Below, piece after piece: positions 40,087 through 53,014 of a stretch of DNA of 64,000 nt. Source of the DNA: Octopus vulgaris (taxonomy: Eukaryota); contig OX597824.1 of NCBI GenBank assembly GCA_951406725.2, positions 94,550,001 to 94,614,000 on the forward strand. The letters run 5' to 3'. How positions within the stretch are numbered: the stretch's first letter is position 1; the number at the start of each line of letters is the position of its first letter. The notes beneath the pieces were generated by a model. It searched no databases and was not told the origin of the DNA. It saw only the letters and a program-made list of their open reading frames with translations. The position numbers were made by a program, and so were the translations under genes.

Positions 40087-40141
40087 CATCATCATCACCA
40101 CCACCACCATCACCAGCTAACCAACATTACTAGTTCCACCA

Positions 40142-40242
<101 letters not shown>

Positions 40243-40649
40243 GTATATATACACACTCACACACATCCACCATCTCCACCGCTGCCCTCAGATAACCAGC
40301 ATCCCCCACATCACCGACGCCACCGTCTCCAAGAGGAAAGGTAATAAAGGTATATGTTTTCTAAACAAAACAAAAGATAAGATCTTAAAAGATGGGGCGG
40401 GGGAGTCGGTAAAAGGAGGCGTAGAAGGAAGAGGGTGCCTAAGGGGTGGGCGTGGGACGTTATGCTGATGAATAGCCTGGATCCAATTTACCAACATCTC
40501 TATGAGAATCTTACACATAAGAAGCTACTTGACAGCATTATTATTATTATTATCATTATTATTGTTGTTGTTTTTGTTATGTAAGGCACCACCCCAACAC
40601 CATCTCATCACCATCATCATCATCATTGTTGCTATTATTGTTGTTATTA

Positions 40650-41260
40650 GGGTGCCGTGCTGGTAGAATCGTTAGCACACCGGGCGAAATGCTTAGCGAT
40701 ATTTCGTCTGTCTTTACGTTCTGAGTTCAAATTCTGTCGAGGTCGACTTTGCCTTTCATCCTTTCGGGGTTGATTAAATAAGTACCAGTTACGCACTGGG
40801 GTCGATGTAATCGACTTAATCCGTTTGTCTGTCCTTGTTTGCCCCCTTTGTGTTTAGCCCCTTGTGGGTAGTAAAGAAATAGGTATTTCGTCTGCCGTTA
40901 CGTTCTGAGTTCAAATTCCGCTGAGGTCGACTTTGCCTTTCATCCTTTCGGGGTCGATTAAATAAGTACCAGTTACGCACTGGTGTCAATATAATCGACT
41001 TAACTAGTTTGTTTGTCCCCTCTGTGTGTAGCCCCTTGTGGGCAGTAAAGAAATAAGAATCGTTTGGACGCTGGACGAAATGCTTAGCAGTATTTCATCC
41101 ATCGCTACCTTCTCAGTTCAAATTCCACCAAAGTCGACTTTGCCTTTCATCCTTTCGGGGTCAATAAAATAAGTACCAGTTGAACACTGGGTTCAATTTA
41201 ATCGACTCATTCCCCCCCCCCCAAAAAAAAATTGCTACACTTGTGGAAAAATTTGAAACC
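40650..41260 (+). mobile_element. SINE family A multimer
   Basis: Head plus two units, followed by a further partial copy. Confidence 0.85.
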
Positions 41261-41289
41261 CTTGTTTTTATTTTTTTCTCTTTATCACG

Positions 41290-41435
41290 GGTTTTGTTGG
41301 AACTCCTGGAGCGGGCTTGCTACTTGCAGCCTACGGTACCATGCTATCCATTCTTTTCAGCTATCTAATACTTTCCTGATTATTCTGGCTGTGCCAAGGA
41401 GACAAACCTTTTCTAACAGTTCTACTGGGTGCTCT
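41290..41435 (-). mobile_element. R4/Dong-like LINE extreme 3' fragment
   Basis: EHPVELLEKVCLLGTARIIRKVLDS*, matching the C-terminal pattern QKIVLTGTSHVLRRAL of the 59847-60650 ORF. Confidence 0.6.
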
Positions 41436-41534
41436 ATTATTGTTGTTGTTGTTGTTGTTGTTATTACTACTGCTACTACTAAAGCTGGCAGAAAACTCTT
41501 GTAGACAGTTCACTTCATAGAAGTCAGAGATTCC

Positions 41535-41572
<38 letters not shown>

Positions 41573-41835
41573 GTTCACACAATCACAAACAGACATCGGT
41601 AATTTTATTTCGTGCGGGCCTTGCGCCAGTTATCTTCCACCTTCCACATACTTAATGGCAAAGAATCTTTTCTGTTTGGTTCCCTCTTTTCAATTTCTTC
41701 AGTTTCTGCTCCAATAGATTTGCTACTTGGTGTAATGGTGTAGATTTGTATGCTAATCATTGACATGAAATTCATTTCTCGCCATAAATAAAGAGTTAAT
41801 CACTTTTGAAGTTTACACATTTTGGGTAATTTTAG

Positions 41836-41880
41836 CCAATCGAAAACCACAGACATATAGGTGCAGGTTTCCATAGTAAC
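41836..41880. promoter_or_regulatory. Candidate CCAAT box plus RFX X-box
   Basis: AGCCAATCG (CCAAT at 41836-41840) and GTTTCCATAGTAAC (41867-41880) in unique sequence. Confidence 0.3.
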
Positions 41881-42827
41881 AAGCCAAGTTGTTACCAGAC
41901 TGTTTACCACATGTTTAAAACACATGTGGCATGGGGGTAGTTTGTTTGTGCTAAAATAACAGCTGAATAGGCCTTAAATCATGCACCAATCTTTTTTTTT
42001 TTTGCATAATCCTATGAAAATTCCAAACAACTAAAAAAAAGTCATGAGGGGTTCATATGTCGTGCATAAAGCAGAATTCCACCAAATCATTTTCTCAAAG
42101 TAGCAGCTTAACTTCTAACAAACATCAAAAGAAAATATACACCATTGTGATGACTGTGGTAAATCAGTAAGACTTAACTAGACGTAAACGTATTTATACG
42201 AAGATGAAGCCATATCACTTTTAGTTATATTTGTGGAGTGTCGTTCTCTTAAAATGGAGACTTAGATGTTCACAAATATATTCATACAAAACTGAAGTCA
42301 TATCGTTATGATGACTTTACTATACATAAACGTATTCACACGAGGATGAAACCATATCGGTGAGACATGTAGTGCAACATTCGCTTAAAAATAGAGACTT
42401 AAATTTTCATAAATGTATTATTCAGACAGGAAAGAAGCCATATTGTTGTGATAACTGTCGCTCGAAATTGTGACAATTTCTCACAGATACATCATAAGAG
42501 AGAAGCCATGTAATTTGTATCTATGTAAAATTACTCTCTTAAAATAGTCTTTAAAGCCGCACGTGTGCAGTAATGCCGAAGAATATGCGTACCAATGTCG
42601 AAGATAAATCCATGAAATAAATATTTTATGCGACCATCAATGTTTCCGGAGATGAAAGAAGATATATTTAGTGTGATAAGGGCCTCGGTATTATATTTTG
42701 TATAAACACAACTTTATTTGCATTGGTGAGTTAACTTAACTAATGATATTTTTAATAAAAACATACTTTCGGTATATATTCCTTGTAATATATTTCCAGA
42801 TCTAGAACGGGGAAACGATACAATTGA

Positions 42828-42874
<47 letters not shown>

Positions 42875-42875
<1 letters not shown>

Positions 42876-43028
42876 TAGCAGTATTGCCCGGCGTTGCTCG
42901 GGTTTGTTTCAACCCTTTAGAATTGGAATTTTTGAAAAGTAAACATTTTGCATTATGTAGCTTGTTATTCTCTTGAAGTGAACATTTTTCTGGTTGAAAT
43001 ACACCGAGAAATGGCGACACAGCAGTCA
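42875..43028 (-). mobile_element. Helitron 3' end fragment
   Basis: Minus strand CCCGAGCAACGCCGGG hairpin followed by CTAG|T. Confidence 0.75.
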
Positions 43029-43599
43029 TGAGATGCAACCAATTGGTTGATGGTGTAGCAGATTCGACTTCGAATCGCTGACCAGCCATGCGAACGCCAT
43101 GTCAAGTTCACTACTGTTTTACATGATCGGTCACTTAACTGATCAATAAGCATCAAGCCATTACGTGATTCGACTTTCTAGAATCTTCTAATGCACTTTA
43201 TAAAAGGTGGATTTTTAGCGGTAAGCTCAGAATACCAAGACGGCTGTTTTAACAACTCCATTTCCATGTTCTCATTCAGCAGCCATGCAGATTGAAAGTA
43301 CAGATTCACCATCATGATTTTAGTGCGATGTTTCCCTGGTTGTGATGGCCTACCTCACAGATCAATACATACCAGCTATTTTGTCGTTGACCCCAGAGTT
43401 TGTTTCTCCTAGTGTGTAAAAAGTGTCTTTATTCTTCATCCAAAGACCAACACAAAAGACACTACAATACAGCAAATAAAGCTTCTATCAATCGTGTGTG
43501 TTGTTTATAATTTTGCACGCAGCCAGCAAACCAGTAAACAAGTAAACACAGCCACGCAACAATGGGAACCAAATCAAAAGAAACCGGAGAACAATGTAT

Positions 43600-44006
43600 G
43601 GATCTTTTCGGTTTGAACGGCAGTTTTTCCTAGCGGTGTCATATGAAATTGTCACCCATAATTATGACCCTAGTATCGATCTACTGCATTTCAATCTGTT
43701 TTAGGGTTAGGGGGGGGGGGGTATTTTTTTTCTTCCCAGAAATGTAAATAAACCCAATCTGTTTCTTAAACGAGGGACATATTCATACGGTACAGAATGT
43801 TTTCACCTCAATAGACGCCATTGATTGGTTGAAATTGCAGAAATTGAAGAAAAAAAACAACAAATATCCTACAACATATAGAATTTTCTCAATAAAACCA
43901 AGAGAAAAGATGTTTTATAAACACATTCTACCAGTATACGAAGTTTAAATTTTTTTAGTTACCTAGAAATTATTTTAAAAAACTGCCGTTCAAACCGAAA
44001 AGATCC
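43600..44006. mobile_element. MITE with 29-bp TIR GGATCTTTTCGGTTTGAACGGCAGTTTTT
   Basis: Perfect TIRs; a second copy in the opposite orientation at 55457-55883. Confidence 0.9.
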
Positions 44007-44800
44007 CCAAAAACACTATAATCAGCAAATAAAGCTTCTATCAATCGTGTGTGTTGTTTATCATTTTACACGCGGTTAGCAAATCGGTAAACAAGTAAAC
44101 ACAGCCACGCAACAATGGTAACCAAATCAAAAGAAACCGGAGAACAATGTGTTTCACAAACAGCAGCACTCTTCAGAATATGATAGCAATTGTTTATATT
44201 TTATGTATGTTGGATGGTAGTATAACATTCTATACTAGTGACACTGTCATTTACGATATCTCTGATATCTAGAACAGACAACAAAGCAATTACATAGACG
44301 CTGTATATAAAACGTAATGCATTCTTCATGAAACGGAATGATTGGATTGTAGCAATTCCTCTTTGCCGTTTGCGAAAATGCGGTTAAGATTATATGAAAG
44401 ATAATTCCAGAAATGTTATCTGGTCCTTTTGGCCTCTCGCCCAGAGGATCTCTGCCAATTTGGTAGAATCATCTTATACAGCTCCCTGAATCTGTAAACA
44501 GTATTTCTGTGGGGGAAGTTTCCATATTTTCTTTCTAATTCACAACAATACGTAAGCATTGTGAAGTTGGAAATATTTTCCAGTTCTAATCCAACAGTTT
44601 CACCACCTGGTATACAAACATGCCAAGTAAGGAAACCTGGTTTTTACTCGCTTTTTTCTATATCAGAGACGACAAATTTTCGTCCGACCATTTGATTGGC
44701 TGTGAGTATGCATCATTGAAAAAGCTCAAAATGGCCAAAATACATCAAGTTTTCTCTCTCTACAGTGAAAGCCTATCTTAATCTTTTGAAAGACACATTA

Positions 44801-45410
44801 CAGTAATCCCTCAACTATCGCAGGTGTTACATTCCAAAAACCCCAGCTGATAGATGATAATCCACAAAATAGACTCTTTTACTTGTTTCAGTCATTTGAC
44901 TGTGGCCATGCTGGAGCACCGCCTTTAGTCGAGCAAATCGACCCTAGGATTTATTCTTTGTAAGCCTAATACTTATTCTATCAGTCTCTTTTGCCGAACC
45001 GCTAAGTTACGGAGACATAAACACACCAGCATCGGTTGTCAAGCGATGTTGGGAGGACAAACACAGACACACAAACATATACACACACATACATATATAT
45101 ATACATATATACGACGGGCTTCTTTCAGTTTCCGTCTACCAAATCCACTCACAAGGCTTTGGTTGGCCTGAGGCTATAGTAGAAGACACTTGCCCAAGGT
45201 GCTACGCAGTGAGACTGAACCCAGAACCATGTGGTCGGTAAGCATGGTACTTACCACACAGCCACTCCTGCGCCTGTACTGTATTTTTTTATTTTTATAA
45301 TTTGTTTATATTTATTTTATCACAAATGCAAAACAACACCACGGAGGAATTGACGTAAGCTTAAATAATAAACCGCGATAAGTGAACCGCGATATGGCGA
45401 GACGTTACTG
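44801..45410. mobile_element. Tigger/pogo-like MITE interrupted by a SINE B copy
   Basis: TA|CAGTAA...TTACTG|TA termini; SINE at 44876-45274. Confidence 0.7.
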
Positions 45411-46756
45411 TATTACATTCTTCCCAAGAATCTCTCTGATTCGGTCAACCATTGATTTAGTGCTCTAAGCACCCTCAGTGGTTGTGTACAAAGCATCTTC
45501 CCAATGCGAGAACTGTTAGGCTTTGGAAACAAGGAAACCGACTTTATGAATCCAAGACTCAAAACATAGTTTTAAAAGAAAGCTATGATTAAAGACGCTC
45601 CAGCCGTGACTATCATGTACAGTGTATTTAAGCCTAAATTATCTAAGGTATATTTTTTTAAAGAGAAGGTGGCTTGGTTTTAGAAAAAATAGGTTTTTAT
45701 TTACAGCAGATCGCGCTTCTGCGTAGAGACCCCGACATCACCTCATCTGTTTCTTTTAAATTAAACACAGACGAGAAAAACAGAAAAGAAAAAAAGACAG
45801 TTCTTGGTGAACAAAGTTCTTTGTGATATTTGTTCTGCATTGTGCTTACAGACGCTCCCTTGTCACACCTTCTGTTAGATAATCAATGAATCAATGATTG
45901 TTTCGTTTGGGAGCCAATAACCTCTAAAGGTGCTATAAGTCACCACCTGAGGGTCGGGTGATTAAGAAGCTCACTTTGTAACCACGTAGTCTCGTGTTTG
46001 GTCCCATTTATCCTTTCAGAGTTGATAAAATAAGGGTCAGTTAAATACTGGGGCCGATGTAATTGATTCACCTCTCCACCACTGCCGAATTGCACCTTGT
46101 GCTAAAATTTGAAACCGATATTTTTCGTGTTAATTCGAATAATATTCGAAACAAAAGTTATCTGACAATCCAATAAAAACTGAAAGAAACAAAACAAAAC
46201 AAAACAGAAAAGAAACACAAAGTATTAAATAGTAGACTATTTTATTATTCTTGGTGTGCCTTGGGAGGGTCATAACGCCAATAAAAATAAACACACACAC
46301 TGGTTCAATATCACTTCTTTATAGTAAGTCAATCGGTTAAATATCAAACAACCTAATCGATTGATTGTTTAATATGCTGGTTAAGCAATCAATCGGTTGT
46401 CTAACCAGCACAGAATTTGTTTCACATCGAGAATCTGACAAAAGAAATACAAAAACAAAATTATTTATTAGGGTGGTTCCAGTAAATATTGTCGAAATCC
46501 TTGGCCTACAATCAGAATTCAGTAGCAGACATTTCTTAATGGGCGGCAACGGTAGATCAGAAGAAAGGTGCCAGCTGCAATCTCTGCACAAGCTCACTCT
46601 AATTTACCTTCAACCAGTCGTATATTAGAAGCAGACAGGTGCAACAAAGGTATTTTATGTGCAAATATCTGAGTGCTTATTACAAGAGGTGGTGGTGGTG
46701 GTCGTCGTCGTTGTGTGCTGTCTGTAAAGGTACCTTCATTATTTACCTTCGTCTCA

Positions 46757-47690
46757 AACTGGCGAGCATGGCAGAAACATTAACATGCCAGGTAAAATGC
46801 TTAGTGGTATTTCGTCTACCGCTACGTTCTGAGTTCAAATTCCGCCGAGGTTGACTTTGCCTTTCATCCTTTCGGGGTCGATTAAACAAGTACCAGTTAC
46901 GCACTGGGGTCGATATAATCGACTTAATCCATTTATCTGTCCTTGTTTGTCCCCTCTGTGTTTAGCTCCTTGTGGGTAGTAAAGAAATAGATATTTCGTC
47001 TGCCGCTACGTTCTGAGTTCAAATACCGTTGAGGTCGACTTTGCCTTTTATCCTTTCGGGATCGATAAATTAAGTACCAGTTACACACTGGGGTCGATAT
47101 AATCGACTTAATCCGTTTGTCTGTCCTTGTTTGTCCCCTCTGTGTTTAGCCCCTTGTGGGTAGTAAAGAAATAGATATTTCGTCTGTTTTTACGTTCTGA
47201 GTTCAAATTTCACCATGGTCGACTTTGCCTTTTAGCCTTTCGGGGTCGATTAAATAAGTACCAGTTACGCACTGGGGTCGATATAATCGACTTAATCCGT
47301 TTGTCTGTCCTTGTTTGTCCCCTCTGTGTTTAGCCCCTTGTGGGCAATAAAGAAATAGGTATTTCGTCTGTTTTTACGTTTTGAGTTCAAATTCCGCCGA
47401 GGTCAACTTTACCTTTTATCCTTTCGGGGTCGATTAAATAAATACCAGTTACACACTGGGGTCGATATAATCGACTTAATCCATTTATCTGTCCTTGTTT
47501 GTCCCCTCTGTGTTTAGCTCCTTGTGGGTAGTAAAGAAATAGATATTTCGTCTGCCATTACGTTCTGAGTTCAAATACCGCTGAGGTCGACTTTGCCTTT
47601 TATCCTTTTGAGGTCGATAAATTAAGTACCAGTTGCGTACTGGGATCGATGTAAGCGACTGGCTCTCTCCTCAAAAATTTCTGGCCTAGA
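46757..47690 (+). mobile_element. SINE family A concatemer: one head plus five units
   Basis: Unit starts at 46808, 46992, 47176, 47360 and 47544 (period exactly 184). Confidence 0.92.
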
Positions 47691-47858
47691 GATGAAAGGA
47701 CTAATTACCTTTGTCTCGTTATTGTTTGTTACACCTCATTACAATATAATGGCATTTTGCGCAGACGTCTGTCTGTACGTGTGCGTCTGTGGTTTTATAT
47801 ACACACATATATATATACATGCATACGTATACAAACATACATACATATATATATACAC

Positions 47859-47905
<47 letters not shown>

Positions 47906-47912
47906 TATTCTC

Positions 47913-47966
<54 letters not shown>

Positions 47967-48023
47967 ATGTATGTATGCACACACACACATACGTATGCAT
48001 TCATACATATATAATATATATTC

Positions 48024-48060
<37 letters not shown>

Positions 48061-48643
48061 TACATATACATATATATATATATATACATATACACACACA
48101 CTACATGTGTACGTGTGTGTCAAAGTTTCATCAGTCAGCCTAGTGAGTCTATGAATGCGAATTTCTCAGCATGTCACCCTGACTGACATGCGCACGCGTA
48201 TACCTAGACGGGGAAGTGATATTTCAACTTTTGTTGTTGTTGTTGTAAATGTTATTTTAACCTATTTTAGATCAAGTTCTTGCTGTTGATGCCATTAGAG
48301 CAGCGAACATTAAAGGAAAGAAAAGAAAAGGAATAAAAAAATAAACAACAGACAAAAATAAAAGACAAATCGAGTAAAGAGTTTGTTTTCCTGGACTTAA
48401 AGAACGCGAAACTTCGCAAAAGACAACACTGCAACTCTTATGAAAAGCAGAATAAATTCAGGGACACCTTCTGCATAAAAATAGAATAACTATTCGCGAC
48501 AAAATCAGTATCATCAAAAGCAATCTTTATAATCAACATAATGTGGATATCTTTGTTTGAACACTGAATACTACGTTATTTAGCTTGAGAGAACCTTTCA
48601 TGTGGACGCACGGTGCATAAAAGCATACGCACATATACACACA

Positions 48644-48645
<2 letters not shown>

Positions 48646-48706
<61 letters not shown>

Positions 48707-48904
48707 CGCTTGCAGATGGGAATAGTTTGCTTTGTGCGCTGGAACTGCCAAATGAAGAGATTTTGGTATATTGTGTCTCTTCTGGCAGCGAGATTTGGCT
48801 GGTATGCAGCGAGCGGGGTTCTGTCACTGAAGAGATGCAATGCGTCGAAATCAGGTGATCTAACAGTTCCAGTGCCCATAGCAAACGATTCTCGTCTGCC
48901 AACA

Positions 48905-48963
<59 letters not shown>
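48646..48963 (+). repeat. ~320-nt fold-back: (CA)n arm, 36-bp stem, 24+6-bp stem, (TG)n arm
   Basis: 48712-48747 pairs with 48864-48899; 48759-48782 with 48829-48852; 48783-48788 with 48821-48826. Confidence 0.9.
48821..48866 (+). ncRNA. Type I hammerhead ribozyme motif inside a long fold-back element
   Basis: CUGUCA-CUGAAGA-GAUGC(AAU)GCGUC-GAAA-UCA(GG)UGA-UC|UAACAG. Intact core, G10.1-C11.1 pair, AUC triplet, stem I 5 of 6 paired. Confidence 0.75.
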
Positions 48964-48965
<2 letters not shown>

Positions 48966-50719
48966 GTATATAAAATAGAATAATTAATTTAGTGTTCTAT
49001 TTAATGGGGAAGAACATTTCCAGAATAACAGCCGGAAAGTTGAAAAGCATTATGAGGCTGTGAAGATCAATTAATCATCAATCAAGCTGTAAGTGAAAAC
49101 TCCAGGAGGAGAACGGAAGCAAAAGGCCATCCATAATTGTTTCTAGTTTTGACACAAGATGAGCAATTTTGAGGGGTGGGGCAAATCAATTACATTGAAA
49201 CACCACTCTCAGTAACTGAATGGTGCTTTATTTTGTCGATCCCAGAACGAAAGACAAAATTGACCTCAGTGGTATTTGAACTCAGGACTTAAAAAGCCGG
49301 AGGGAATGGTGCTAAGCATTTTGTCCAATGCGCTAACAATAATAATCCTTTCTACAATACGCACAAGGCCTGAAATTGTGGGGAGGGGCAAATTGATTGA
49401 CATTGATCTCACTGCACAATTAATACTTATTCTATCAACCCCGAAGGGATGAAAGACAACGTTGACCACAGTGGAATTTGAACTCAGAAGCACTTAGTCC
49501 GGGGTGTAAACAATTATGCCAGGTCGCCGCCTTAATCACAATAATAATAACGATATTTGATTTAGACGCAATCTTAAAGGAAGGAGATTAGTTAGGACTG
49601 TGGGCCCTCGTCCTTGACTGGCACTATATTTTATAAATCCAGAAAAATGAAAGGTGAGGGTGACCTCAGCGTGATTTGAACCCAGAATGTAAAGAGCTGG
49701 GACAAATACCATTCTTTTATTCTCTTATTCTTTTACTTGCATCAGTGATTTGACTGCGGCCATGCTGGAGCACTACCTTTTAGTCGAACAAATCAATCCC
49801 AGGACTTATTCTTTGTAAGCCTAGTACTTATTCAAACCATCTCTTTTTGCCAAACTGCTAAATGACGAGGACGTAAACACACATCGATCATCAAGCAATG
49901 GTAGGGGGACAAACACAGACACAAATAATAAATACATATATACATACATACATATATATAGAGAGAGAGCAAAAACGCAATAGAGGGCCTTAAAACATTC
50001 GGACAGATAGACGACACAAAGGCGGACAAGAGAGACAACAATTAGAAGGGCAGGCATAAAAAGACGGGTCGTTCTTGGCTTTCTTTCATCAGTCAAGTAC
50101 CAGAAGTCACGACCATTTCAGACAGTTACACTTGAGACGGTTCGATCTGGTTGTCCCCAAAAATGTCTAAGCTAAGAGCATTAGGCTCCTTTGGAAGAAA
50201 GCTAGCAAATGTGTACAGCAACAAAGACGAAAAAATAACAAACAAACAAAAAACGGAGAACATGGTACACAATTACCAATACAACAACAAGAAATAACAA
50301 CAGGCGTCTTTCGACTAAGAACGATTCAAACTGAGCTTGCGTGTATGAAGTAAAAGCTAATATATATACGATGGGCTTCTTTCAGTTTCCGTGTCTACCA
50401 AATCCACTCACAAGGCTTTGGTTGGCTCGAGGCTATAGTAGAAGACACTTGCCCGAAGTGTCACGTAGTGGGACTGAAAACGGAACCATGTGGTTGGAAA
50501 TATACAATATACTGAAAATAGCATTACTAAACACTACACATTTCAGATCTAAGAATCGTGGTGATAAATGGGTAAATGCTGCCCACCCGTAAATTTTCCG
50601 CACGTTGATAAAAGAAAACTTTGTAAACCTTTCGTAGTTCTTTGAACTTGTTCTTTTTTTATGTTAAAAGTACAGCATAATGTTATGGCTGTGTCAAGCT
50701 AGTTTACCTTCACACACAC

Positions 50720-50793
<74 letters not shown>

Positions 50794-51269
50794 GGGAAAT
50801 AAATGCTCACGCAGAGACAGAAAGTTAGACACAATTACACAACCCATAAACAGAAATTTTATGTTCAACCTGGCAATAAACATTATGTTTTTTATCGAAG
50901 CCCCCTGCTGCCTTTTAAGACTTCTGTGGAAGAAATTCTTCAAAGAGAGCCAAGCTGTTCAGCAATAACGTAGAGAAGTAAGCTTATATCAAACAGAAAA
51001 CGAATGCTGCAGCGAGGATAGATAGATAGATAATAAATTATAGATTGGCATACTTTAATACATGTACCCAGGTACATGCCTCCACACGCGCTACACATGC
51101 ACGCATAGGTAAGACTACGTTTTATATGCATGTAAATATGGATGTAAAATACACACACACACACACACACATGCTCACACGCACACACACATGCACAAAT
51201 CACGGGCTGACCAAAGCCTTGTGAATGGATTTGGTAGATGGAAACTAAAAGAAGCCTGTCGTATATATG

Positions 51270-51337
<68 letters not shown>

Positions 51338-51499
51338 TACATATGTTTGTGTGTCGGTGTTTGTCCCTCCCACCAACATCGCTTGACAACCGATACTGGT
51401 GTGTTTACGTCCCTGTAACTTAGCTGTTCGTGTCTATCATAGAAGCACCAACTGATGGGTGACACAACAGAAGTAATGTAACTCATAGCAGACAGTAAT

Positions 51500-52858
51500 C
51501 TTTTCTACTCTAGGCACAAGGCCCGAAAATTTGAGGGAAGGGGCCAGCCGATTAGATCGACTCCAGTATGCAACTGGTACTTAATTTATCGATCTCGAAA
51601 GGATGAAAGGCAAAGTCGACCTCGCTCGAATTTTAACTCAGAACACAGAGGCGGACAAAATACCACAAAACATTTTGACCGGCGAGTTAACAATTCTGTC
51701 CGTTAATAACTATTTCAAATTTTTGCTGAGGGGGAGGTGAGGATGAGTTGATTACATCGACCCCAGTATTCAACTGGTACTTATTTAATCAACCCCGAAA
51801 GGATGAAAGACAAAGTCGACTTCAGCGGAATTTGAACTCAGAACATAGCGATGGGCGAAATACTGCTAAGCCTTTCGCCCAGCGTGCTAACGATTCTGCC
51901 AGCTTGCCACCCAATTCTGTCCATTAATAGTGGTTTTAAATTTTGCTACAAGGGTAGCAACTTTGGGGGAGGTGACAAGTCGATTACATCGACCCCGGTG
52001 CTTAATTTATCGACCCAGAAAGGATGAAAGGCGAAGTCTATCTCGGTGGGATTTAAACACAGAACATAGCAAAATACCTATTTCTTTACTACCCACAAGG
52101 GGCTAAACACAGAGGAGACAAACAAGGACAGACAAACGGATTAAGTCGATTACATCGATACCAGTGCGTAACTGGTCCTTAATTTATCGACCTCGAAAGG
52201 ATAAAAGTCAAAGTCGATCTCGGTGGAATTTGAACTCAGAACGTAGTGGCAGATGAAATACATATTTCTTTATTACCCACAAGGGGCTAAACACAGAGGG
52301 GACAAACAAGACAGACAAACGGATTAAGTCGATTATATCGATCACAGTGCGTAACTGGTACTTAATTTATCGACCCCGAAAGGATGAAAGGCAAAGTCGA
52401 CCTCGGCGGAATTTGATCTCAGAAAGTAATGACAGACGAAATACCTATTTCTTTACTACCCACAAGGGGCTAAACACAGAGAGGACAAACAAGGACAGAC
52501 AAACGGATTAAGTCGATTACATCGACCCAGTGCGTAACTGGTCCTTAATTTATCGACCCCGAAAGGATGAAAGGCAAAGTCGACCTCGGTGGAATTTGAA
52601 CTCAGAACGTAGCGACAGACGAAATACCTATTTCTTTACTACCCACAAGGGGCTAAACACAGAGGGGACAAACAAGGACAGACAAAGGGATTAAGTCGAT
52701 TATATCGACCCCAGTGCGTAACAGGTACTTAATTTATCGACCCCGAAAGGATGAAAGTCAAAGTCTACCTCGGCGGAATTTGAACTCAGAACACAGCGGC
52801 GGACGAAATACCACAAAACATTTCGCCCGGTGTGCTAACGATTCTGCCAGCTCGCCAC
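51500..52858 (-). mobile_element. SINE family A cluster including a four-unit concatemer (52079-52858)
   Basis: Repeated ~183-bp units with GACGAAATACCTATTTCTTT junctions. Confidence 0.88.
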
Positions 52859-52977
52859 ACTATTCTGTTCATTAATGATAAAAGAATATATATACACGTT
52901 TTGAAATCTATTTTCATTATCCCTGACTACAATAAGCAGTGGCTTCTACCGTATCATAGATACACACGTAAGTGCAA

Positions 52978-53014
<37 letters not shown>

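Noticed and set aside
43030-44760. Degraded transposase-like sequence around the MITE
   Set aside because: No motif or sustained reading frame could be identified by eye.
46808-47690. Regular repeats as a CRISPR-like array
   Set aside because: Units are contiguous SINE bodies with no unique spacers, in eukaryotic context with no cas genes.
50075-50125. CUGAUGA and GAAA motifs on the minus strand
   Set aside because: Stems I and II cannot be formed convincingly.
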